A stretch of 64,000 nucleotides of DNA from Hyphomicrobiales bacterium (GTDB taxonomy: Bacteria > Bacteroidota > Bacteroidia > Bacteroidales > JBGRPZ01): the NCBI GenBank assembly GCA_041725915.1, contig JBGRPZ010000009.1:499-64498 (forward strand), written 5' to 3'. The notes under the pieces were generated by a model. It ran no database searches. It worked only from the letters and a program-made list of their open reading frames with translations, and was not told where the DNA came from. The translations under genes and the position numbers were made by a program. The stretch's first letter is position 1; the number at the start of each line of letters is the position of its first letter. Positions 50,651 to 59,406 of the stretch are shown here, piece by piece.

Positions 50651-53600
50651 TTATTTACACATCTCAAGAAGTGTTTTTACTGCTCCTTTAAGTTGTTGAT
50701 CTATGCCATTGTCAATTTGTCCTGGCATATTTTTTATTTGTACATCAGGTACAGTTTCATTGTTTTCCATCCAGTTGCCTGCTTTATCTTTTGCACTTAC
50801 TGGTACTGAACCCCAAAGAACTTCACCATTTTGCAGCATTTCCCATCCTGCAAAACTACAAGTACCAGGTGTAGGCATACCTACAATCTTACCTATGCCT
50901 AAATCTTTATAAGCACAAGCAAAACAAGAACCATCACTATAGTTTCCTTCGTTGATCATAGCTACAGAAGGCTTTGTCCATCTAAACCCTGGCTCATAGC
51001 CTATATTTCTGCTTTCAATAGCATACTCCATAAACCTTTCACCAGTCAGGAACATAGTTAAATCTCCAACTAGATCACCACCACCATTGAAACGAGTATC
51101 AACGATAAGTCCATCCTTGTCAAAGTGTTTTCCTAGTGCTTTTTCGTATACATTACGATATTTTCCGTCGTTCATTCCCGGAATATGTACATAACCTAGT
51201 TTGCCATTGCTTAGCTTTGCAACCTCTTCTTCATTCTGACGTACCCATCTTTCATATAGAAGGCCATTCTCAGCACCTAATGAAATAGGCTTGATTGTGA
51301 TATCAAACTCTTTTTTCTTCTTAGGGTCAAATATGTGAAGAGCAGTAAACTTGCCAGACTTTCTGTTAAGTAGCATTGCATAGTCAATATCCTTTGTGAT
51401 CTCTTTACCATCAATCTTTTGGATAATCATACCTGCTTTTACATTTAAATGCTTCTTGTCTAGTGGGCCATTCTTGATGATCTCTGTAATCTTAAGTCCA
51501 TTACCTTTATGTGAATAGTCGATGAACACACCAAGAGAAGCAGTTTTGTCAGCCATACTAGTTCTATAGTAGTATCTGGATCCACAGTGAGATACATTTA
51601 GTTCTCCAAGCATTTCTGAAAGCATTTCAGAGAAGTCAAAGTTGTTGTTTATAAACTCTAACTTAGGTTCGTAATTAACTCTCATAGCATCCCAATCTAT
51701 TCCATGGTAATCTGAGATATAGAACATGCTCTTAGTACGTCTCCAAACGTGATCAAACATTTGTTGGCGTTCAGCTTTAACATCAAGATTTAATTCACCA
51801 CTAATGCTGATACCTTTGTTTGATTTCGCTTTTACATCAATCTTTGAGATTCTACCTCCTGATAATAGGAAAAGTTGTTTGTGATCATTGTCCCACTGTA
51901 ATGAACCACCACGTGCATTTAGTTTCACCAACATCTTGGTTTCTTTTGTACGTAGGTTGGTACTCCAAAGATTAGATTTCTTTTCAAAGCGTGTAAGGTA
52001 ATAAAGAGTCTCACCATCTTTTGAAAGTACAGCATCACTTATTTTTGATGAATGTATAGTCAATCGTTCTTTACGATCTTTCATACCATCCATATCAAAC
52101 TCAAGAGGTTTTACTTCTTTCTTCTTTTTATCTTTATCTTTCTTGTCTTTTTTATCCTTCTTATCCTTATCATCATCTTTCTTGTTCTTCTTTTCTATTT
52201 CTTTCAATAAAGCATAATCATCTTTGCTTAGCTTAAACTTATCAAAAGCATCTTTTGTGAAGAACATAGTGTAAACATCCATTTGGCTACCACCGCTATT
52301 TGCGTGTGCTCTCATACCATTACGATTAGAGAACCAAATCATTTGTTTACCATCATTTACCCATTTTGCTCCTACATCATTATATCCACTTTCTGTAAGG
52401 TTTATCATTTCTGACTTACCATCAGCAGCGATAAGAACTACTTCGCTATTGGCTAGCACTGGTGAATATTCAACAAGTAACCATTTGCTGTCAGGACTCC
52501 ATTGGAAATACTGATCGCCATCACCCATATAGAATAGTTTATCACTACCCATTAGTATACGGGTTTTCTTGCTCTTTATATTATATATAGCTAATTCGCG
52601 CTTGTCTCTGATATATGCAATCTCTTTACCATCAGGAGATACCTGAGGCATATAGTTTTCATGCTCATCAACAATCAAAGGTTCTTCTTTGATGATAGTA
52701 GCTGCGTAGAAATAAGGTTCTTCTTTATCAGCCTTCTTACTCTGATAGATACCCCATTTAGCATCACGTTCGCTTGCATAGATTACACTCTTGCCATCTG
52801 CTGAAAATGTTACAAACTCTTCTGCTGCAGGTGTGTTTGTAATTCTCTTTGTCATCTTTCCTTCAACAGAAGAAACAAATACCTCCCCACGAACGATATA
52901 AGCTACTTCTTTACCATCAGGTGAAATAGCCATTTCACTTACATTGCCACTTATAGAAATAACCTTTTCATTGTTGTATTTATCACCGACTTTGATGGTT
53001 ACATTTACCTTTTGTGGTTCGCTACCTTCTACCTGAGTGTATAACTCACCATTATGAGTATAACAAAGTTTACCTTCATCAGAAATGCTAAGGAAACGTA
53101 CAGGATGTTGCTTGAACTTTGATATTGCAGTATTCTTACTAGGTGTAGCCAAACTCATTTTGTGAACATTGAATGTTCCGCTTTCTTCTGTAAGATAATA
53201 GATGCTTTTCTGGTCAGGTGTATAAACAGGATTACGATTTTCACCTTTAAAGGTAGAAATCATTTTATGCTCATTATTCGCCTTGTTATATACCCATATG
53301 TCACGAGTGATAGCAGAAGTATGATGTTTACGGAATTTGTCTTCACCTGCTTTTTTATCATGATAGATCATTTGTTGACCATCCTTACTTACTTGTACAT
53401 ATTCGGCAGGAATAGTCCAGATTTGTTCAACCTGCCCACCTTCAATAGGTACTTGATATAGTTCTGTTAGTCTTGATGTTGGATATTGTCTGTGATTCAC
53501 ATCATCTATTCTATGACCACCGAATATAATATGCTTATCATCGTTGCTGAAAGTATAAGGAAGTTCTCTTGAAGAGAAATAAGTCAGACGTTTTGTTGCT

Positions 53601-53890
53601 CTTGTATCCAAGTCAATTACAAATACATCAAAGTTGCCGTATCTGTTAGAAGCAAATGCTATTTTGCTTCCGTCATGACTCCATATAGGCATATAGTCAT
53701 GTGCTGTGTGATAGGTAAGAGCTTGAGCTTCTCCTCCTTTTGAGTTAACTAGATATAAGTCCCCTTTTGCTGAAAATACAATTTGTTTGCCATCAGGTGA
53801 TATGGATGAATATCTTATCCAATCTGTATTGTTAGCAAACATAGCACTACTAAAAAGTAGGCTTAGCGCAAACCATAATACTCTTTTCAT
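50651..53890 (-). CDS. tricorn-protease-like S41 peptidase (beta-propellers + PDZ + S41 catalytic domain)
   Basis: 1079 aa with a signal peptide. The N-terminus has TolB-like repeats (SPDGK/SHDGS). A PDZ-like region (GLKITEIIKNGPLDK...AGMIIQKIDG) is followed by a C-terminal S41-like core. Size and architecture match tricorn homologs common in Bacteroidota. Confidence 0.8.
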   Translation of the reverse strand: MKRVLWFALSLLFSSAMFANNTDWIRYSSISPDGKQIVFSAKGDLYLVNSKGGEAQALTYHTAHDYMPIWSHDGSKIAFASNRYGNFDVFVIDLDTRATKRLTYFSSRELPYTFSNDDKHIIFGGHRIDDVNHRQYPTSRLTELYQVPIEGGQVEQIWTIPAEYVQVSKDGQQMIYHDKKAGEDKFRKHHTSAITRDIWVYNKANNEHKMISTFKGENRNPVYTPDQKSIYYLTEESGTFNVHKMSLATPSKNTAISKFKQHPVRFLSISDEGKLCYTHNGELYTQVEGSEPQKVNVTIKVGDKYNNEKVISISGNVSEMAISPDGKEVAYIVRGEVFVSSVEGKMTKRITNTPAAEEFVTFSADGKSVIYASERDAKWGIYQSKKADKEEPYFYAATIIKEEPLIVDEHENYMPQVSPDGKEIAYIRDKRELAIYNIKSKKTRILMGSDKLFYMGDGDQYFQWSPDSKWLLVEYSPVLANSEVVLIAADGKSEMINLTESGYNDVGAKWVNDGKQMIWFSNRNGMRAHANSGGSQMDVYTMFFTKDAFDKFKLSKDDYALLKEIEKKNKKDDDKDKKDKKDKKDKDKKKKEVKPLEFDMDGMKDRKERLTIHSSKISDAVLSKDGETLYYLTRFEKKSNLWSTNLRTKETKMLVKLNARGGSLQWDNDHKQLFLLSGGRISKIDVKAKSNKGISISGELNLDVKAERQQMFDHVWRRTKSMFYISDYHGIDWDAMRVNYEPKLEFINNNFDFSEMLSEMLGELNVSHCGSRYYYRTSMADKTASLGVFIDYSHKGNGLKITEIIKNGPLDKKHLNVKAGMIIQKIDGKEITKDIDYAMLLNRKSGKFTALHIFDPKKKKEFDITIKPISLGAENGLLYERWVRQNEEEVAKLSNGKLGYVHIPGMNDGKYRNVYEKALGKHFDKDGLIVDTRFNGGGDLVGDLTMFLTGERFMEYAIESRNIGYEPGFRWTKPSVAMINEGNYSDGSCFACAYKDLGIGKIVGMPTPGTCSFAGWEMLQNGEVLWGSVPVSAKDKAGNWMENNETVPDVQIKNMPGQIDNGIDQQLKGAVKTLLEMCK
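52115..52195 (-). repeat. low-complexity Lys/Asp-rich insertion inside the tricorn-like gene
   Basis: Encodes EKKNKKDDDKDKKDKKDKKDKDKKKKE, from a (cttTtt/atc)n purine/pyrimidine-skewed DNA tract. Confidence 0.8.
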
Positions 53891-53997
53891 TGCGTAACTA
53901 ATATTTGTTTATAATTGTTTTAAGCTGAGCTCCTCCACTAAGAGGGTTCAAATTTAGAGAAATATATATTAGTTACATGGGATTTAATGAAAAAAGA

Positions 53998-54018
53998 AAA
54001 GCTAGCATATGCTAGCTT
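53998..54018 (-). terminator. terminator of peptide gene P1
   Basis: Perfect palindrome AAGCTAGCATATGCTAGCTT, followed on the minus strand by TTCTTTTTT, about 60 nt after the P1 stop. Confidence 0.55.
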
Positions 54019-54077
54019 CAATATACTTTTGGTTTTCCACTTATTGTAATTAAGTGTAATAACTTAAGAGATTAATG

Positions 54078-54242
54078 TTATTTATTATAGCATAGACCTG
54101 CTGAGAAAAATGTTATAGCTGTGATTAGACAACCAATAAATGAAGCAGTTTTCTGCTCATTAGATTTAGTTGAAACTCCTAAGTTAGATATAGCTTCTTT
54201 CTTTAGCGATAATTTTCTGTTTATTTCTGTTGCCTTTTTCAT
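54078..54242 (-). CDS. small leader-bearing peptide P1 (54 aa), putative RiPP/bacteriocin-like precursor
   Basis: Below the ORF-track cutoff. My base-by-base translation is MKKATEINRKLSLKKEAISNLGVSTKSNEQKTASFIGCLITAITFFSAGLCYNK*. It shares its leader with P2-P6 and its core GC.ITA..FFS with P2. Confidence 0.6.
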   Translation of the reverse strand: MKKATEINRKLSLKKEAISNLGVSTKSNEQKTASFIGCLITAITFFSAGLCYNK

Positions 54243-54428
54243 GACGTAGTTTAATTAAGGTTAAATTATTTTGAAGATGATGGGGAGGGGATATGTCTTT
54301 GTTACACTGGTATTTAAACTTATTCTTAATTACGTATATTTTATATTTATTATATTATTTTCAATATAATTATTAGTTAATCATCTGTATCCCTTTGTTT
54401 GTAGGCATTATACAGCTAACAAAAAAAA

Positions 54429-54472
54429 CTGCCTAAGCAGTAAAAAAGTTCATTTTTTACATATTTAGGCAG
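54429..54472 (-). terminator. terminator of peptide gene P2
   Basis: CTGCCTAA...TTAGGCAG has an 8-bp stem and a long loop, followed by T8 on the minus strand. Confidence 0.45.
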
Positions 54473-54498
54473 CATTTCTTCTCTATGATATGATATTA

Positions 54499-54660
54499 TC
54501 AAATACAATGTTTAGCTAAAGAAAAAAAGATAGTGGCTGTGATTGCACAACCAACAATTGTTCCTGTTCTTTGCTTATTAGACTTGTTCAAAGTTTCTAT
54601 ATTGCAAATAGCCTCTTTACTTAAAGATAGCTTTCTATTGACTTCAAAAGACTTTTTCAT
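54499..54660 (-). CDS. small leader-bearing peptide P2 (53 aa)
   Basis: My translation is MKKSFEVNRKLSLSKEAICNIETLNKSNKQRTGTIVGCAITATIFFSLAKHCI*. It is a paralog of P1. Confidence 0.6.
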   Translation of the reverse strand: MKKSFEVNRKLSLSKEAICNIETLNKSNKQRTGTIVGCAITATIFFSLAKHCI

Positions 54661-54968
54661 ACGATAAATACATGAAATTTAAGTGAAATAATAATTATAG
54701 TTGACCCTACTGGCAATTATTTGCTCAATGAGCTTTATGGAGAAATCATTAACGTATTAATATTCATAAGTAAAAACACAATTGTGTACAATGAGATTAT
54801 CTATTCTTTATAGTAAAAAACAATAAGTTGTAATAAAACACTCTATATCTTTTAAATATGCTTGCTAGGCCTTGTTTTCCTGTAATTCATAACTTATGTT
54901 AAAGTATTGTTGTCCTTATTTTATGTATGATTAATAATGCAGAATAGATAGAAAATTATACAATAAAA

Positions 54969-54999
54969 AGAGCCTGTATATAATATATGTACAGGCTCT
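54969..54999 (-). terminator. terminator of peptide gene P3
   Basis: AGAGCCTGTA-tataatatatg-TACAGGCTCT is followed by T5 on the minus strand, 30 nt after the P3 stop. Confidence 0.6.
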
Positions 55000-55028
55000 T
55001 TCTTCAAAATTATTAGTTTCGAATTAAT

Positions 55029-55175
55029 CTAACATCCGTTTCCATTTGTTGTTAGTGACCAAGATACAGTAGATGTAGTTCTGGCCATGGATTCGATGCC
55101 TATATTGAAACGAGCAATACTCTTCTTATTTAAATCAAGTTCTTTATTGCTTTGTGTTCTTGTTTCCTTTTTCAT
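55029..55175 (-). CDS. small leader-bearing peptide P3 (48 aa)
   Basis: My base-by-base translation is MKKETRTQSNKELDLNKKSIARFNIGIESMARTTSTVSWSLTTNGNGC*. The core resembles P5 (ST[IV][ST]W...G.C). Confidence 0.6.
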   Translation of the reverse strand: MKKETRTQSNKELDLNKKSIARFNIGIESMARTTSTVSWSLTTNGNGC

Positions 55176-55508
55176 TATATATTATACTTTAGGGTTCTAT
55201 TAAAATATTATTAAGTGAGAGAGTTTTGTTTTTAGGTTTTATATGCAATCAAATAACTCAATATTATTCTCTTGTATTATTTGTTTTATATAAATTTTTC
55301 CATTCTTTACATATCCGATTTCTATATGTATCCCTTATATAATGGATAATACTGGTGTTTCTGATTACTTAGAATATTATTTTTTTTGTAATTTTTTTCT
55401 ATTCATTTTAATATTCTGATTAAAAATTGATTAGATATAATATTTACAGCTTGTTTTGTGCTAATAATGCTGTTATTTGAACTTTAAATAGCTCTTGTTT
55501 TATCCAAT

Positions 55509-55524
55509 TGGCATATTTATTGCA
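55509..55524 (+). promoter_or_regulatory. sigma-54 (RpoN) -24/-12 promoter candidate upstream of the HU-like gene
   Basis: TGGCAT-ATTTA-TTGCA has the correct GG-N10-GC spacing. It lies 156 nt upstream of the ATG at 55680. Confidence 0.5.
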
Positions 55525-55679
55525 AATTCTAGCTATTTGTAAACAGACTGAATAGTCAAGGGTTTGCCCAACATTGGCTATCGGCGTATTTATTTTTTTG
55601 TAGAAAGTTATGCTAATTAAATTTTAAATAACCGGATAATTAAGGTTAAAAAGAATTATCCATCCAAACCCCCAATATT

Positions 55680-56375
55680 ATGAGCATTAAATATGCACTT
55701 TATCCTAACCATTTAACAGAAGATCCTGATGATTATGTAGGAGTCATCACAGAACGTAAATCTATTGATCTTGAAGCATTAGTTAAATACATGACCCGTC
55801 GTGGTACTTCCTTGACCGATACTGAAGTTGAAGTTGTACTTAAAGAACAACAATATGCCATTAAAGAATTGTTGATGCAAGGTTATACAATTAACCTACC
55901 TACTTTTAAAGTTGGAGCCTCAATGAAAGGTATATATAGAGGAGCAGAGGATTGTTATGATCCGAAACGCCACAGTGTAGAGTATAATGTTACTCTGGGG
56001 AAAGCCTTGTCAATTGATACCTCTCAGTTAAAAATAGAAAAGACAAAACCTAATGAGAAAGCTCCTGAAGTTATGGGAATTTTTGATCGCTTTTCTGGTA
56101 CTAAGGATGATAAGATAACACCTAAAGGCTCTTTAGATATCAAAGGTTATTCATTGAAGATCCATACTGAAGTAGAAGATGAAGGTGTGTTTTTTATCTG
56201 TGGAGAAACAAAGACAAGAGCTGAAGTTTTTTTCAATAATACAGATTCTATCCTTGAGCTTAAAGTTCCTGATAGCTTAGTTGCTGGCAAATATTATATT
56301 GAAGTACGTAAGAGGTTTATTAGATGTAAAAAACTTACTAAATGCAGATATGATCAAGAGTTTATAGTAGAATAG
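55680..56375 (+). CDS. HU-like DNA-binding domain protein with C-terminal DUF4469 Ig-like domain
   Basis: 231 aa. The N-terminus MSIKYALYPNHLTEDPDDYVGVITERKSIDLEALVKYMTRRGTSLTDTEVEVVLKEQQYAIKELLMQGYTINLPTF matches the Bacteroidota-specific histone-like (HU_HIG) family. The C-terminal IKGYSLKIHTEVEDEGVFF is DUF4469-like. Confidence 0.7.
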   Translation: MSIKYALYPNHLTEDPDDYVGVITERKSIDLEALVKYMTRRGTSLTDTEVEVVLKEQQYAIKELLMQGYTINLPTFKVGASMKGIYRGAEDCYDPKRHSVEYNVTLGKALSIDTSQLKIEKTKPNEKAPEVMGIFDRFSGTKDDKITPKGSLDIKGYSLKIHTEVEDEGVFFICGETKTRAEVFFNNTDSILELKVPDSLVAGKYYIEVRKRFIRCKKLTKCRYDQEFIVE

Positions 56376-56400
56376 TAGATTAATAAATTCGTAGTCCATA

Positions 56401-56432
56401 AAGCTGATTCATTTAATGAACCAGCTTTTTTT
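56401..56432 (+). terminator. rho-independent terminator of the HU-like gene
   Basis: AAGCTGATTCAT-tta-ATGAACCAGCTT has a 12-bp stem with 1 mismatch and is followed by T7. Confidence 0.65.
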
Positions 56433-56466
56433 ATGAATTACCCCAATTTTATATCTACTGTGATAG

Positions 56467-56560
56467 AGCGTTTGTACTTATAAGGACAAACGCTCTGTAC
56501 AGACTGTACATAATGATTGTACTTATAGGTACAAACGCTATGTACTTATAAGGACAAAAA
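56467..56560. repeat. array D: three copies of TGTACTTATA(A)GG(A/T)ACAAA(CGCT) plus extra TGTAC motifs; the first copy lies in a 9-bp-stem hairpin
   Basis: Copies lie at 56473-56494, 56518-56539 and 56541-56560. AGCGTTTGT (56467-56475) pairs with ACAAACGCT (56486-56494). TGTAC also occurs at 56496 and 56505. Confidence 0.8.
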
Positions 56561-56633
56561 GACCCCTCCTGTAAGTACCATCAATTGGGGATTACAAGAG
56601 GGGTGATTTTGTACTGTGAGTATGTCTTTTTTG

Positions 56634-57776
56634 TTACTTCTTGTTGTAAGGGGAATATCTTATTATTTCATCAAGATGATTCTCTAGTGCAATTGTAATA
56701 TGTACATCAGGTTTCTCATTGAATAAGATGTCTTCGTTAAGTTTATATTGCCAAGCATCCCAAATGTAAACAGTGTTTTCAAAGCATTGATTGATAAAAG
56801 GTATAATATTAATAGTAAAAGAATCTCTTACAATAAGAGCTTTTATTTTATTGTCGCAATTACTTTTATATCTATGTTGGAACTCCCATGGATAAGCAAA
56901 ACCTTGAATAACCGGATAATCCAGATTAGGTAGTTTCTCTAGTTCAGGAATATCCTCAGAAGGATTGATTTCGGGTATAGTTTCCATTACTTCATTAGCT
57001 AAGCCTAAATTGCTGATAAGATTACCACCATAGATATCTTTCATAAAGAAGTTGTATTTCTCTTTTGAGTATGGAGATCTTATGTTGATACTATCAGCAA
57101 TGATCTTATTAGTTATAGCCTCAGTAGCATAATATCCAGCAAGTTTATTCCAATGACTATCATTAATCAAGAATATTTGTTCTGTTTTAGATTTCTCTTT
57201 CATGAGAGGTCTAAGATCAATAAAATTATTTTTTGGTTCCTGATTTAACATCCTTACAATTTGATCTGTTCTGGTTTCATCAGGTAATCTTTCTTTAAGA
57301 TTATCAGGCAGCTGGTTTGGATAAATGGAGGATTTATCAGGAACTATAATGAGATAATATTTTCCTCCTAAACTATCAAGAACATGTTCTCTTCTTTGAA
57401 TTTCCTTCTTGAATATTATAAGTTCTTCATCAGAAAGCTTGTTTTTACCTAGTGCTTGAAGATGAGCAGATTCCTTTTGAAATAACCATTTGTCTTTACC
57501 TATAACAACAGGAGATTCGGTAATGACATAATTATAATTGATCCAGTTGTAGAAGTATGAAAAATAGTTTCTAATATTGAAATGATCTTTATAATAATTG
57601 CTATACAGCTTAGGGAAATAATCAAGATGAGCTAAGTCTATTTCTGGTTTATCTGCCAGTTTTCTGTTTTCACTATTATCAAGATCTTTCATTATATGAA
57701 CAGAACCATTTATAAAGGGAAAAGTAATCATAAAACAGAAAACTATGCTTATTGCAATTTGTTTATATCTTTTCAT
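56634..57776 (-). CDS. AlgX/AlgJ-like (DHHW-type SGNH-like) O-acetyltransferase partner protein
   Basis: 380 aa with an N-terminal TM anchor. LINDSHWNKLAGYYA contains the D-x-H-W catalytic motif of the AlgJ/AlgX family. It lies 16 nt downstream of the MBOAT gene. Confidence 0.65.
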   Translation of the reverse strand: MKRYKQIAISIVFCFMITFPFINGSVHIMKDLDNSENRKLADKPEIDLAHLDYFPKLYSNYYKDHFNIRNYFSYFYNWINYNYVITESPVVIGKDKWLFQKESAHLQALGKNKLSDEELIIFKKEIQRREHVLDSLGGKYYLIIVPDKSSIYPNQLPDNLKERLPDETRTDQIVRMLNQEPKNNFIDLRPLMKEKSKTEQIFLINDSHWNKLAGYYATEAITNKIIADSINIRSPYSKEKYNFFMKDIYGGNLISNLGLANEVMETIPEINPSEDIPELEKLPNLDYPVIQGFAYPWEFQHRYKSNCDNKIKALIVRDSFTINIIPFINQCFENTVYIWDAWQYKLNEDILFNEKPDVHITIALENHLDEIIRYSPYNKK

Positions 57777-57792
57777 TGTAAAATCTCCTTAT

Positions 57793-59250
57793 TTAAAATC
57801 TAAAGTAAATGAATGGGTTATAAGAATCAGCAATAAGCATAATAGTACTAGTGATTATTGTAATCATAACAAAAGCAAGTTCTCCGATATATAAACCTGA
57901 TCGAAGACCTATATTAAGGGCTTTGTATTGCCTTGTATTGCTAATTCCTTTTTGTATAAACTTAAGAGTTATTAAAGGAAGTCTTGTTGAGCTTAACACA
58001 GCGACAATAAAGAGAATAATGATTAAAGGCGAGTTGATTTTAAAGGCTAAGTCTGGAGATGCTATGCCAAAGTCAAATTGATTTAATTTCTTTAAGTAGT
58101 TGAGTCCATGACTAAAGTCTGTAGTGACAAAGAATACTCTTGTATATATTATAATCAATAAAGCATATAAGTGTTGTATAGGCGTCCATAGTTTTTCTAA
58201 TACTTTACCAAATCCAATTCGTTCAATGACCATAAACACTCCATGAGTCATGCCCCATATGACGAAGTTCCAACTTGCCCCATGCCATATAGAAGTAGCA
58301 AAGAAGATTATAAGAAGGTTGAGCATTGTTCTTGAATAGCCTTTTCTATTTCCTCCAAGAGGGAAGTATAAATAGTTTCGGAACCAATCAGAAAGAGTAA
58401 TATGCCATCTTTGCCAGAATTCTTTAATTGACTTTGCGATGTATGGAAAATTAAAGTTTTCAGGGAAATGGAAGCCTAACATTCTGCCAAGTCCAATAGC
58501 CATATCAGAGTAACCAGAGAAATCGAAATAGATTTGTATAGTATATGCTATGATTCCAATCCAAGCATCCGTTGAATTCATAATGTTCGCATCAAGTTCA
58601 AAAGCAATATCAGCAATAGCACCAAATTGGTTAGCAATGATAACCTTTTTGAATAAACCCAGAGTAAACCTCCTTATACCTGTTTCTATATTTGTCCAGT
58701 TGCTTTTGCGATACTTTAATTGTTTTTCAATGTTTTGGTATCTGATAATAGGGCCAGCTATCAATTGAGGAAAGAAGGATATATATAAAGCTAAATCAGA
58801 GAACTTCTTTTGTACTTTTACCTCTTTCCGATATACATCAACTATATATGATATGGCTTGAAAGGTATAAAAAGAAATTCCTATAGGAAGTATAATTCCA
58901 AGATCTTTTATAGGCTTCGCCTTGAATAGGGGAAGAAGATAGTTGATGTTTTCAACTATAAAATTAGCATATTTAAATAGCCCAAGGCATGCTAGATTAA
59001 TGATGATTCCTATTGTTAGTATAACTTTCGCTTTGTTAGAACCAGTATATTTATTGATCAGTCTACCTGTGAAATAATTAATTATAAGTGAAATAATTAA
59101 GATTAATGAATAACTGACGCCTCCCCAAGCAAAGAATATTAAGCTAGCTCCTAATAAAAAGTAATTCCTTAGTCTTCTCTTTAAAAGATAATTTCCAATA
59201 AGTACTATTGGAAGGAATACAAACAAGAATAATAATGAACTAAATACCAT
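57793..59250 (-). CDS. MBOAT family membrane-bound O-acyltransferase (AlgI/DltB/PatA-like)
   Basis: 485 aa polytopic protein. Conserved FWQRWHITLSDWFRNYLYFPLGGNR and IWHGASWNF (invariant His) blocks are present. Confidence 0.85.
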   Translation of the reverse strand: MVFSSLLFLFVFLPIVLIGNYLLKRRLRNYFLLGASLIFFAWGGVSYSLILIISLIINYFTGRLINKYTGSNKAKVILTIGIIINLACLGLFKYANFIVENINYLLPLFKAKPIKDLGIILPIGISFYTFQAISYIVDVYRKEVKVQKKFSDLALYISFFPQLIAGPIIRYQNIEKQLKYRKSNWTNIETGIRRFTLGLFKKVIIANQFGAIADIAFELDANIMNSTDAWIGIIAYTIQIYFDFSGYSDMAIGLGRMLGFHFPENFNFPYIAKSIKEFWQRWHITLSDWFRNYLYFPLGGNRKGYSRTMLNLLIIFFATSIWHGASWNFVIWGMTHGVFMVIERIGFGKVLEKLWTPIQHLYALLIIIYTRVFFVTTDFSHGLNYLKKLNQFDFGIASPDLAFKINSPLIIILFIVAVLSSTRLPLITLKFIQKGISNTRQYKALNIGLRSGLYIGELAFVMITIITSTIMLIADSYNPFIYFRF

Positions 59251-59358
59251 TCGAAATGTAAAATATTACTTATTTATAAATGCTTTTAAGGCATGCAATT
59301 TACTAAAATATTTAGATGGAAATTAGTTTTATATTATAGGGTACTCTTCGATATAAAA

Positions 59359-59386
59359 AGCCCAAACAAAAGAAATTGCTTGGGCT
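59359..59386 (-). terminator. terminator of peptide gene P4
   Basis: AGCCCAA-...-TTGGGCT hairpin is followed by T5 on the minus strand, 21 nt after the P4 stop. Confidence 0.55.
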
Positions 59387-59406
59387 GTAAATGGTATTAA
59401 TAATGC

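Noticed and set aside
54699-54715. TGGCAA-TTAT-TTGCT sigma-54-like motif on the plus strand.
   Set aside because: The GG-to-GC spacing is 9 nt instead of 10. It also points away from the minus-strand peptide genes, with no plus-strand gene downstream.
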